A stretch of DNA of 32,874 nucleotides. Source: Euryarchaeota archaeon UBA596 (GTDB lineage Archaea > Thermoplasmatota > Poseidoniia > Poseidoniales > Poseidoniaceae). Positions 19,370 to 28,746 of the stretch are shown here, piece by piece (position 1 is the first letter of the stretch; each line of letters starts with the position of its first letter). The stretch spans positions 1-32,874 of the forward strand of contig DAGQ01000015.1 in NCBI GenBank assembly GCA_002498205.1, written 5' to 3'. The translations under genes and the position numbers were made by a program. The notes under the pieces were generated by a model that was not told the origin of the DNA, did not search any database, and saw only the letters and a list, made by a program, of their open reading frames with translations.

Positions 19370-21097
19370 ATGCAATATTCAATATCTGAAATGATAGAAA
19401 AAGAAGAAGTAATTATTCAAAATAGAATAGAACGACTTTCTTTATTTTCAGGCTCAATATTATTTTTAGCAGCTTTTTGGTGTATGTGGCCAATTTTTAC
19501 TAATAATATCGATCCTTTGAAAGTTTTAACTCCAGCTGTAGTTGCTCTTTTATGGGTTGGAATGCTTCCAGATCTTTCCGTTTCAAGTCCCACTACTCGC
19601 TCTAGAATTGGAGCAATAACAAGTATTTTTTGGACACCTCTTGCTGTTTTAGGGATAAACTCAATTTCTAATTCTGGATTTAAATTAATAGGAGGTATAG
19701 TATTAATTATTTGTTCAATGGCATTATTTATTTCATCAAGAAAGATTTTATTTGGGGAATTTAAAGTAGTAAGATATCGCTCAATTATGTATATGATTGG
19801 AGTATTTGCAGGCTTATCTGTATTAATACCTCAAGGTTTTGAGACAAATAATTATGGTATATTCCCCATCTTAGTTGGATTATTAATTTCATTCTCTGAT
19901 TGGTTTGGAAGCGATGAGCAGAAAAATATACGGAGAGAATTCAAACAAAAATTAGATTTAATTGAGGGAGAGTTATTACTCCATAGATCTAAAGGTAGAA
20001 CTGTAGATCAAGCGGCATCTTTAGTTTTAACAGCCTCACAAGAAGGTCACTTGGATCCAAAATTTGGTCTTGAAATTTTATCAAGAGCTAGAGATTCAAT
20101 GACGCGAGCTATTCGTTTAGAAGAAGATATATCAGAAATTAGAGAAGATGCAGAATTAATTATTATGAAAGCTGAAAATATAGCCCCGATGTCTAAAAAA
20201 TCCAGAAAAACATTTATTCAAGCTGAAAGGGAAGTCGAATTAGGTAGTTTAGAAGAAGGAGAATCATTATTTCGTTTAGCAAAAAAACAAGCTAAAGAAA
20301 TTACAGAATGGTGGGATAAAGCAGAAAAAGCAATTAGTAAAGCAAAAAAATTGTTGAGAGAGCATAAAGGTGAAGCAATTCAATCATTAGAAAAAATATT
20401 ATCGGAAGCAGAAACTAATTTACAAAATGAAAACCCAAAAAAATCATTTGAATTTGCAGAATCTATCCCTCTACAGCTATCTTCTGTTGAAGCGAATGCA
20501 GAAATTTCTAATGAATTAATTCAAGTCGCTGAACAAAAAATGAAGGCATCAGAAGGCCTAAATTTAGAATTATGGAATGAAAATTTGAATAGAGCAAAAA
20601 ATGCAATTGAAAAGGGAGATTATAATTTAGGTAGAGGATTGACTGAAAGTATCTTAAGAGAACTAGATAAGGAAAGAGAATCTATGGATTACATTAGGAA
20701 GGCACTAAATAAAAAATCTAAGATTAAATCCAAATGGAAGAATCTAGGAAATAATGAATCTTGGGAATTACGCTTGAAAGAAATTGAAGAAGCCGCTGAG
20801 AACCTGGAATGGAATCATGCAGCAATATTACTTCAACGTTTGAATGAAAGTTTAGAATCGGATACAAAATCATTTTCAGAAGCTAACGAATTATTAGATT
20901 TTGCTAAGAATGAATGGTCTATGTTAAGAGAGAAGTGTGAGAAAATAGGAATTGATATTTTAGATGAAGATCGTAGATATGCAGAACAAAATCTCGCTGA
21001 ATCAATACAATCACTAGAACTTGGTGAATTAGAATTATGTTTAGAAAAGTTGGGAGAATTAGATAAAGCTATGGAAAAACTGAAAAGAAGAGTTTAA
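19370..21097 (+). CDS. Membrane protein with ~6 N-terminal TM helices and long alpha-helical repeat/coiled-coil region
   Basis: GGTGA SD; hydrophobic aa ~22-178, then an A/E/K/L-rich helical region. Confidence 0.8.
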   Translation: MQYSISEMIEKEEVIIQNRIERLSLFSGSILFLAAFWCMWPIFTNNIDPLKVLTPAVVALLWVGMLPDLSVSSPTTRSRIGAITSIFWTPLAVLGINSISNSGFKLIGGIVLIICSMALFISSRKILFGEFKVVRYRSIMYMIGVFAGLSVLIPQGFETNNYGIFPILVGLLISFSDWFGSDEQKNIRREFKQKLDLIEGELLLHRSKGRTVDQAASLVLTASQEGHLDPKFGLEILSRARDSMTRAIRLEEDISEIREDAELIIMKAENIAPMSKKSRKTFIQAEREVELGSLEEGESLFRLAKKQAKEITEWWDKAEKAISKAKKLLREHKGEAIQSLEKILSEAETNLQNENPKKSFEFAESIPLQLSSVEANAEISNELIQVAEQKMKASEGLNLELWNENLNRAKNAIEKGDYNLGRGLTESILRELDKERESMDYIRKALNKKSKIKSKWKNLGNNESWELRLKEIEEAAENLEWNHAAILLQRLNESLESDTKSFSEANELLDFAKNEWSMLREKCEKIGIDILDEDRRYAEQNLAESIQSLELGELELCLEKLGELDKAMEKLKRRV

Positions 21098-21780
21098 TTT
21101 ATATCTTCATCAAGTAATTTCCTTACATCTTTTTCGACTAGTTCTGGGACCCAATCTAAATCCATCCATTCTATTCTTTGCTTCAAATTTTTATCTAAAA
21201 TAAATGTAGATGTTGTATGGTCGATGAAATATTCAAATGGATGGTGTCTTCCACTAGTCTCAGAATTATTTGTCTCATTTGCTTTGTAAGTTTGTAAACC
21301 CACATCGAATGCCCCCCATACTTCTTCCATTACTGCCATTTCTTCAGGATTCCATGTGCCATCATTATCTGGATCAACATTCCATGATAGAAAATTCCAA
21401 TCTGCAGACATATTTTCTTTCCATTGTTTCATTGATTCAGGAGTGTCAAGCCATGGATCTACTGTTACTGCTAGAATTTCTAATTCTGATTTGTATTCAT
21501 CAGGGAATTGTTGAGATAACCATTTCAGAGATTGAACAACAACTGGGCAAACATCTGGACATCTAGTAAACAGAAATGAAATAACAACTACTTTTCCTTC
21601 ATAATCACTTAAGTTAAATTCAGTACCATTTTCAGTAATTAGAGTAAACATTGGAACATCTTTACTATCAATATCTATTCCATAGAACTCATCAGCGTTT
21701 TTTTCTGCGGCAGGTTCATAACAACCAGGCAATAATATTAGTAACATCAAAAATACAGATAATATTTTATTTAAATTCAT
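21094..21780 (-). CDS. SCO1/SenC family copper chaperone, probable lipoprotein
   Basis: FLFTRCPDVCP (CxxxC), VTVDPWLDTP, conserved His in IDHT; lipobox-like LLPGC. Confidence 0.93.
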   Translation of the reverse strand: MNLNKILSVFLMLLILLPGCYEPAAEKNADEFYGIDIDSKDVPMFTLITENGTEFNLSDYEGKVVVISFLFTRCPDVCPVVVQSLKWLSQQFPDEYKSELEILAVTVDPWLDTPESMKQWKENMSADWNFLSWNVDPDNDGTWNPEEMAVMEEVWGAFDVGLQTYKANETNNSETSGRHHPFEYFIDHTTSTFILDKNLKQRIEWMDLDWVPELVEKDVRKLLDEDIN

Positions 21781-21792
21781 TTTTATTCCTCT

Positions 21793-23610
21793 TTAATTTG
21801 TATATGGTATATCAACATCTAATTGCATGACATATAATCCAGTTGTGATACAAGATGCATATGTAATTCCATCTTGCCATTCAGCAGCCCATAAAAATGG
21901 AGTCCAACCAAAGTCATAGTAATCAGAATCAAGTTGTGAACCGTCTACACCATGTGGTAAATAGAATGCCACAGTAGAATCAAAATGAACCTCAGTATTA
22001 TTGTCTTCATCATTAGCTGCCATTAGTGTTTCAATATCGACTACCCATAAGCCAGCATGATAATGTGAGATGTATAATCTTCCATCCCATCCACCTCCGT
22101 GGGAAGTATCTGTAGTTTCATCTGTAATGAAATATTCAGAATCAAGATTATGTGGGCTGAAAAGCAACCATTCTTCAGCACTTGGATGAGCTTCACAATC
22201 TGCTCCATAACAATGTTCATGCGCATAAGGAATTTCCCAATCGTGAATTAGTTCCGGTAAGAATCTTAAATTTCCATTTTCCATTTTATATTCGGTTGTA
22301 TCTAAAAGATATGTCATACCAGTTCCAACAGAGGTTGAAAGTACTTCAGTAGCAGCAAGTGTAAGATGTCTTTTCCCTTCATATCCTAAATGGGTAGCGT
22401 CAACCATTTCAGGAAATGGCTCTGTGTAGTGGATATAAGATGAACGTCCGCCATTTTCATTCCCGTTAGTTCCACTATCAGGTAAACCATCATTATCAAA
22501 ATCAGAAAACTCCATCCATTGCCCTACTTCTGGAGCCCTCCATCTACACATAAGGGGATTTCCCAAACCCGCTTTACATGTTGTAGCCATTGGGACATAT
22601 AATTGAGGAGAGTTAGTGGGGTGAGGAACATCAGAAACATCTGCAATTCTTAACCCAGCTTCCCAATATGCGCCATAGAGGTATGTTCTTCCATGTCTTG
22701 GGTCTTCAGTATCATTTCCTGGCCATAATTGTACAGTCATATCGTGAATGTAAATCCAACCACCATTAGTAGAAGCCCAATTAACTTCATACTCTCCAAC
22801 TTTAATTACTGTGTGTCCAACTCCAGATGAAGGAACACCATCTAATATTCTTGCAGCAGAACCTTGTAAATTTAGGTGAGCAATGGTTACTCCTCCACAA
22901 GCTTCACCCACAGCAGTATCACAATCATCATAATCGGGGTTTGCAACAAAAATATACCATTCATTATCAATCATATGTGTATAAAGATTATGTGGTCCAC
23001 TTGGATGATCTGCATCATACCAAGAATCAACATGTATTGGGTTAGTTTTATCTGTTACATCAATTAAATTTACAGATACTTGAAATGGATCTGACCATTC
23101 TCCAACATTAGGATCTGCATATCCTGGATCAATTAATTGATTTTGAGTTATTACATATTCTCGCCCATCATATTCAAGATACTTAACATCTAATACCTGG
23201 GTATTTGGATCATAATATTTCCCTACTTGGGTAATATTTCTTGGATCTGTAACATCAGTAATATGAAATTCAGACCATCCTGCTTGATACACATATGTTC
23301 TACCATCAGGAGCCGTAGCAACTTGAATTTCAGCATTACCCGGATTTGTAAGCGGTTCAAAATCTAATAACTCAACATTCCCAGAAGATAGATTATGCTG
23401 AGATGCGTTTCTGTGGTCATGCCCTTCACCTTGTAAAAGAGGGTCGCCACCACTAAAAATTGGATTTACACTTGTTTCATTCATATCATCATTACTAAGA
23501 AAGAAAATTGAAGTAGAAACTACGCTAATTACTACTAAAAATGTGGTGACTAAGATTAAGATTTCCTTATTCCCAAAATCAATAGGAGTTACAAGTGATT
23601 GTTCACCCAT
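21793..23610 (-). CDS. Membrane-anchored LVIVD-repeat beta-propeller-like protein, His-rich
   Basis: N-terminal TM; repeats FHITDVTDPRNITQVG, VNLIDVTDKTNPIHVDSW, GLRIADVSDVPHP, GLWVVDI; C-terminal GITYASCITTGLYVM. Confidence 0.75.
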   Translation of the reverse strand: MGEQSLVTPIDFGNKEILILVTTFLVVISVVSTSIFFLSNDDMNETSVNPIFSGGDPLLQGEGHDHRNASQHNLSSGNVELLDFEPLTNPGNAEIQVATAPDGRTYVYQAGWSEFHITDVTDPRNITQVGKYYDPNTQVLDVKYLEYDGREYVITQNQLIDPGYADPNVGEWSDPFQVSVNLIDVTDKTNPIHVDSWYDADHPSGPHNLYTHMIDNEWYIFVANPDYDDCDTAVGEACGGVTIAHLNLQGSAARILDGVPSSGVGHTVIKVGEYEVNWASTNGGWIYIHDMTVQLWPGNDTEDPRHGRTYLYGAYWEAGLRIADVSDVPHPTNSPQLYVPMATTCKAGLGNPLMCRWRAPEVGQWMEFSDFDNDGLPDSGTNGNENGGRSSYIHYTEPFPEMVDATHLGYEGKRHLTLAATEVLSTSVGTGMTYLLDTTEYKMENGNLRFLPELIHDWEIPYAHEHCYGADCEAHPSAEEWLLFSPHNLDSEYFITDETTDTSHGGGWDGRLYISHYHAGLWVVDIETLMAANDEDNNTEVHFDSTVAFYLPHGVDGSQLDSDYYDFGWTPFLWAAEWQDGITYASCITTGLYVMQLDVDIPYTN

Positions 23611-23629
23611 TAATAGTCCGTGTGCAGCG

Positions 23630-23641
23630 TTTTTTATTTAT
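23630..23641. promoter_or_regulatory. Single AT tract (TTTTTTATTTAT), probable bidirectional TATA box
   Basis: Centred in a 53-bp gap, about 27 bp from ATG 23610 (-) and from ATG 23664 (+); no SD before either start. Confidence 0.55.
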
Positions 23642-23663
23642 GCATTGGTTACTTGGGACTGGC

Positions 23664-24338
23664 ATGCGCAGAGGGAGTACAAGCCTAATTGTCTGTTTTC
23701 TACTTATTTTACCATTATTTATTGCCCCAGTAGGCTCTCATGATGCTAGTGCATTAACAGTCAATATTAAGCAATCAAATATTGAGCCAAATAATGCTAA
23801 TATTCTACTTGGAGATAGTGTATACTGGATGAATCTTGACTCTAGAGAAAATGTAACACATAGGATTGTTCATGACTCTGATGGAGATGGACTTTACAAT
23901 GGTTCAACCGATTGGGATTCAGGGATTCTATTAGGTTGGACTTCTAATGGAACTTGTATAGATGAAACAGGAAATAAAACACCAGGTTGTGCAGTAACAT
24001 TTGAATTATATTTTAATGAAACATCAGATATTGGTACATATGAATATGTGAATTTAGTATACTTAAATGATACGTTAATTGATAATAGGACATTTACAGT
24101 TACAGTAAAAGCCGACATTCATTTAGAAGCGATAAATACATACTGTTTTGGAGATGACTGTGAAGATGATACAGAGCCTGTAATTAGTATTGAAACTTCC
24201 AATGAAATAGAAAAACCATATTGGTTATTATATGTGTCTGGTATAACAGGAACGTTAGCATTATTATTAGCAATTAAATTGATATTTTTCCCCCCCGCAG
24301 TACAATTAAGTGAAAATAAAGTCTTACAAGAAGAGTAA
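23664..24338 (+). CDS. Secreted, C-terminally anchored cupredoxin-fold-like protein lacking the canonical type-1 Cu ligand loop
   Basis: Start moved to ATG 23664, which gives a signal peptide and removes the overlap. IEPNNANILLGDSVYWMNLD...HRIV...WDSGIL...F...GTYEY resembles plastocyanin/halocyanin; C-terminal TM. Confidence 0.65.
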   Translation: MRRGSTSLIVCFLLILPLFIAPVGSHDASALTVNIKQSNIEPNNANILLGDSVYWMNLDSRENVTHRIVHDSDGDGLYNGSTDWDSGILLGWTSNGTCIDETGNKTPGCAVTFELYFNETSDIGTYEYVNLVYLNDTLIDNRTFTVTVKADIHLEAINTYCFGDDCEDDTEPVISIETSNEIEKPYWLLYVSGITGTLALLLAIKLIFFPPAVQLSENKVLQEE

Positions 24339-24353
24339 ATAAAATTGATAAAT

Positions 24354-25088
24354 ATGGGTACGATTAGAAGAGATCATTTACCCTTTTCTATGCCTAATCG
24401 TTCTCATTCACTAATTCAAGAGTGGAGGCATTTGAGTTTTTTACACTGGGAAGTAGATCCTGAGAAATTGAAACCATATATACCTCAAGGAGTTGAAATA
24501 GATTTTTTTAATGGCAAATCATATGTGGGGGTAATTCCATTTTTAATGAAGAACGTTAGGCCACGATTTTTACCTGCTGTCCCAGGTATTTCCACTTTTC
24601 CAGAATTTAATATTAGAACTTATGTTAAGAAAAATGGTAAGGCAGGAGTCCTTTTTTTAACACTAGACGCACAAAGTAGAATCACTTGTACATATGCTCC
24701 ATGGGCTTATGGATTGCCATATAGATATGCTAAATGTAAATTGCAGATAGATAAAGATAATTTTAGTTGGGAATCAAAGAGATCAATAAAAGGATTTGAA
24801 CTTAAAGGTTCATGTGTTGCTATTGGTGAAGAAATTCAAGCAAAATCCAATTCATTGGAGGAATTTCTTTTTGAAAGATATTCGTTATATGTTGAACATA
24901 AAAAATCTGCAAAAATTGCTTATACCTTACACGATCCTTGGAAATTTAAAGAAGCAAAAGCAGAATTAACCGTAAATACGCTTACAGAGTCTTATAACCT
25001 TGGAATTAAAAACCCATTAAAGCCAGATTATGTACATATGTCAGATGGTGTTTATGTTCATACTTGGTCAATAGAAGATTTGGAGTGA
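24354..25088 (+). CDS. YqjF/DUF2071 family protein
   Basis: QEWRHLSFLHWEVDP, YVGVIPF, FPEFNIRTYV, GVLFLTLDA, LEEFLFERY, HDPW. Confidence 0.9.
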   Translation: MGTIRRDHLPFSMPNRSHSLIQEWRHLSFLHWEVDPEKLKPYIPQGVEIDFFNGKSYVGVIPFLMKNVRPRFLPAVPGISTFPEFNIRTYVKKNGKAGVLFLTLDAQSRITCTYAPWAYGLPYRYAKCKLQIDKDNFSWESKRSIKGFELKGSCVAIGEEIQAKSNSLEEFLFERYSLYVEHKKSAKIAYTLHDPWKFKEAKAELTVNTLTESYNLGIKNPLKPDYVHMSDGVYVHTWSIEDLE

Positions 25089-25092
25089 GAAA

Positions 25093-25473
25093 ATGAGTTT
25101 GGAATCTGATATATTATTACTTGATGGAGAATGTGGGCTTTGTAATAGAATAGCTATTTTTATTGATAAGAGGAAAAAAATAGGGAAAAAATTAACATAT
25201 TTGTCTATTGAATCAGAAGAAGGCCAAAAAATAATTGAGGGCTTCAGCAAAAAACAAAGAAATGCAGATACAGTATATTTAATTCGTAATGGGAAAACAT
25301 ATATTCGTTCTGCTGCTGGAATTAGAATACTACTCTACTTGAAATGGTATTACACTATATGGTATCCTTTTTGTTGGGTATTTCCACTACCCCTTAGAGA
25401 TATTGTATATCGAATTATAGCGAAGTATAGACATAAGTTTTTCAAAAAACCAGAAGTTTGTGTATTCAAATAA
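25093..25473 (+). CDS. DCC family (DUF393) putative thiol-disulfide oxidoreductase
   Basis: LLLDGECGLC (DxxCxxC), YIRSAA, PLPLRDIVYRIIAKYRHKFF. Confidence 0.92.
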   Translation: MSLESDILLLDGECGLCNRIAIFIDKRKKIGKKLTYLSIESEEGQKIIEGFSKKQRNADTVYLIRNGKTYIRSAAGIRILLYLKWYYTIWYPFCWVFPLPLRDIVYRIIAKYRHKFFKKPEVCVFK

Positions 25474-25474
25474 A

Positions 25475-27493
25475 TTAGTTTTTAGGAGTCAAACTATACA
25501 TTTTATTTTTTGTATTAATTTCTTCAAGAATTTCTGAAACAAATTGTTCTACGGGTATTCCATTTCTTTGAGCATTATTCAATCCACGAATACTAACTTG
25601 AGTATTATTAACTTCTTCATCACCAAGTATTAGCGTGTATGGTGGCCTTAGTTTTCTCAAATTCTTTATTTTTTTGCCAATAGTTGAATCAGAAAAATCA
25701 GTATCAATTCTTATTCCTAATGAATGTAGTTTTTCAGCAATCATTCTTCCATAATCTGAATGTTTTTCAGAAATAGTAGCAATTGCTACTTGAGTTGGTG
25801 ATAACCAAGTAGGAAATTTCCCAGCAAAATGTTCTATTAAAACTCCACAAAACCGTTCCATGGAACCAAATGGTGCTCGATGAATCATTACTGGTCGATG
25901 CATTTTTCCATCGGCTCCAGCAAATTGCAAATCAAATCTTTCAGGTAGATTATAATCTACTTGTACTGTACCTAATTGCCATTCTCTTCCAAGTACATCT
26001 TTAACTACAAAGTCAATTTTAGGTCCATAAAAAGCGGCTTCTCCTGGCTCTTCAGAAAATTCAACACCAAGGGATTTAGCTGCATTTCTACATGCATCTT
26101 CAGCTGCATCCCATAGATTTTCTAAGCCTACATATTTACTACTATCAGGATCTCTTAAACCAACTCTGACCCTATAATTCTCCATTCCTAATGTTGAAAA
26201 AATAGTTTTTACTAAACTAAGACATCCTAGTAGTTCATCTTCAATTTGATCTTTACGGCAGAAAAGATGAGCATCATCTTGAGTAAAACCTCTAACTCTT
26301 GTCATTCCACTGATTTCTCCTGATTGTTCCCATCTGTATACCGTTCCAAATTCAGCTAATCTTAATGGTAAATCTCTGTAAGATCTAGGTTGTGAAGAAT
26401 ATATTTTGATATGGTGAGGACAATTCATCGGTTTCAGTAAATATCCATCAATTTCACCTTCTTCCATTTTATTCGCTAAATCAGAACAAGAACAACCTTC
26501 ATTAGCAAATTTTTTCATTTGTTCATGATTAATTAATGGCGGATATTGACTTTCTTGGTAGTAAGGGAAGTGTCCACTTGCCTTGTAAAGGTCTAATTTA
26601 CCTACATGTGGGGTAAAAACTTGTTTGTAATATTGTTTGTGAAGTTCAGAAGAAATAAAATTTTGTAATTCTTGACGAATACTAGCCCCTCTCGGGGTCC
26701 AAAGAATTAGTCCTTGACCTACTGTTTCATCAATATGAAATAATTTCATATCTTTTCCAATTACTCTATGATCTCTTAATTTTGCCTCTGAAAGCTGTTT
26801 TATACGCTCTTTGAGTAAATGTTTAGATGGATATACCATTCCATAAATTCGTACTAATTGTTCTTTGGATTGATCTCCTCTCCAATAAGCAGATGAAATT
26901 GAAGTTAATTTAAAATGCATTAAATTTGAAGTTGATGGTACATGAGGACCAAGACATAAATCATACCAATCTCCTTGACGATAAATTGTTGAACCCGTAC
27001 CTTCTCCAATTTTTTCATTAATAATTTCAAGTTTGTATGGATTATTTTCATAGAGTTGCTTTAATTTTTCTTGTGAATATTCAATCCTTTCTATTTTCAA
27101 ATTTTTTCTACATAATTCTTCCATCTTCTTTTCAATTGATCTTAAATCATCTTCTCCAATGTTTTCCATTGCAAAATCATAATAAAATCCATTTTCTACT
27201 GGAGGTCCTATTGTTGGTTTAGCATTTGGATATAGTTCAGAAACTGCTTGTGCTAAAAGATGTGCACAAGAGTGTCTTAGAATATACATGCCTTCATCTG
27301 ATTCAGTTTTAATTCCCTCAATTTCACAATTCTCTAAAATCTCATATGAAAGATCTCTTTGTATTCCATCGATTCTTGCTGCAACACACCCATGTTTTTT
27401 ACCATGAATATCAATAATTACTTCTGCAGCAGTAATTCCAGAAACGTATTCATTGACTTCATTTGTTTCCAAAACCACCGATATTAATGACAT
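25475..27493 (-). CDS. thrS: Threonine--tRNA ligase, bacterial type
   Basis: TGS domain, editing RHSCAHLLAQA and DLCLGPH, KPMNCPHH, RVRGFTQDDAH, AAFYGPKID, HRAPFGSMERF. Start is ATG 27493 or 27502. Confidence 0.97.
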   Translation of the reverse strand: MSLISVVLETNEVNEYVSGITAAEVIIDIHGKKHGCVAARIDGIQRDLSYEILENCEIEGIKTESDEGMYILRHSCAHLLAQAVSELYPNAKPTIGPPVENGFYYDFAMENIGEDDLRSIEKKMEELCRKNLKIERIEYSQEKLKQLYENNPYKLEIINEKIGEGTGSTIYRQGDWYDLCLGPHVPSTSNLMHFKLTSISSAYWRGDQSKEQLVRIYGMVYPSKHLLKERIKQLSEAKLRDHRVIGKDMKLFHIDETVGQGLILWTPRGASIRQELQNFISSELHKQYYKQVFTPHVGKLDLYKASGHFPYYQESQYPPLINHEQMKKFANEGCSCSDLANKMEEGEIDGYLLKPMNCPHHIKIYSSQPRSYRDLPLRLAEFGTVYRWEQSGEISGMTRVRGFTQDDAHLFCRKDQIEDELLGCLSLVKTIFSTLGMENYRVRVGLRDPDSSKYVGLENLWDAAEDACRNAAKSLGVEFSEEPGEAAFYGPKIDFVVKDVLGREWQLGTVQVDYNLPERFDLQFAGADGKMHRPVMIHRAPFGSMERFCGVLIEHFAGKFPTWLSPTQVAIATISEKHSDYGRMIAEKLHSLGIRIDTDFSDSTIGKKIKNLRKLRPPYTLILGDEEVNNTQVSIRGLNNAQRNGIPVEQFVSEILEEINTKNKMYSLTPKN

Positions 27494-27585
27494 GGTTATC
27501 ATACTCGCGTTTATGTGGTTATATTTGACAGCGACGCCTCATCAGGCACTAGTTGTGTTATTATGGTGATTCGTTACGTAGTGTC

Positions 27586-28746
27586 GTGGCGCGAATTGGT
27601 GTATTGGTAAATCCTGATGCTGGTCTTGGAGGTAAGTTAGGTTTCAAGGGTAGTGATGGTCGCGCTGAAGAGGCTAGATCTTCTGGTGCTAAAGATCGTG
27701 CAGGGCCTAGGATGAAGGATGCTATGGAGCATGTTTTCAAATTAATCCAATCAAAAAAGTGTTTGGAATTTGAGTTATTTATTTGTGGAGGGAAAATGGG
27801 AGGTAATTGGGTGAAAGATATACCATTTTCAAATTTGAAAATCATTGGTGATTGGCATGGAAAAACTTCAGCAAAAGACACATCTTTAGCTGTAGAATTA
27901 CTTTTAGAAGAAGATATAGATTTAATTTTTTATGCAGGAGGAGATGGAACTACAAGAGATATTATTGAAAAATTAGATTCATTAGATTCTTTGGAAGTAC
28001 CCTTAATCGGAGTTCCATCAGGAGTAAAAATGTATTCTGGCTGTTTTGCAGAAGATACTTTGGCTGCAGCAGAAGTTTTAGCAGCATGGATAAATGGAGA
28101 TTTAGGTTTTTCAACTACTGAAGTTCTTGATATGGATGAAGAGTCATATCGCTTAGGAGAGTGGAAAATAGATATGTTTGGCCAGGCAATTACTCCTGCA
28201 AGTCCTCTTTGGATTCAAGGTAGTAAGCATCAAGTTCAAGCAGTTGGCGAAGATGAAGTTTTAGAATCATTAAGTGAACATATTATGGAACTTTATGTAG
28301 AAAACGAAAATTGTTTAATTGTTTGGGGAGCTGGAGGAAGTTTGAATAAAATTGCAAAACTTTGTCATTTGGAAACAACTCTTCTTGGGATCGATATTAG
28401 TAAAGGAAACGAATTAATAGGCGCTGATTTATCAGAAAAAGAATTAATTTCCATTTTAGAAAATTTTTCTGGAAATGAGATCGTTTTATTATTATCTCCA
28501 ATGGGGGGTCAAGGGTTTTTGATTGGGAGAGGGAATTTACAATTATCTCCCGATGTTTTAAGGAAAATTGGAATTGATAATATCATGGGGGTTGCAACAC
28601 CTGCAAAATTACTTTCAATCTCTCGAATTAGGATAGATACAGGAGATACTTTACTGGATAAAGAAATTAGAGGGAAAAAATATATTAAAATGATACAAGG
28701 ATATAGAACAATAAAAATTGTGAAAATAGAATCACCAAATAACTAA
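27586..28746 (+). CDS. ATP-NAD kinase-like protein (COG3199/AcoX-related family)
   Basis: [75 protein letters not shown]. Probable GTG start at 27586. Confidence 0.88.
   Translation: MARIGVLVNPDAGLGGKLGFKGSDGRAEEARSSGAKDRAGPRMKDAMEHVFKLIQSKKCLEFELFICGGKMGGNWVKDIPFSNLKIIGDWHGKTSAKDTSLAVELLLEEDIDLIFYAGGDGTTRDIIEKLDSLDSLEVPLIGVPSGVKMYSGCFAEDTLAAAEVLAAWINGDLGFSTTEVLDMDEESYRLGEWKIDMFGQAITPASPLWIQGSKHQVQAVGEDEVLESLSEHIMELYVENENCLIVWGAGGSLNKIAKLCHLETTLLGIDISKGNELIGADLSEKELISILENFSGNEIVLLLSPMGGQGFLIGRGNLQLSPDVLRKIGIDNIMGVATPAKLLSISRIRIDTGDTLLDKEIRGKKYIKMIQGYRTIKIVKIESPNN

Noticed and set aside
21793..23610. Direct assignment as NosZ or methanethiol oxidase (SBP56)
   Set aside because: No CuA motif or recognisable family signatures, and no nos or mauG genes; used only as an analogy.
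23595..23663. Head-to-head overlap of the 23595 (+) and 23610 (-) ORFs
   Set aside because: Artefact of longest-ORF calling; ATG 23664 gives a proper signal peptide.
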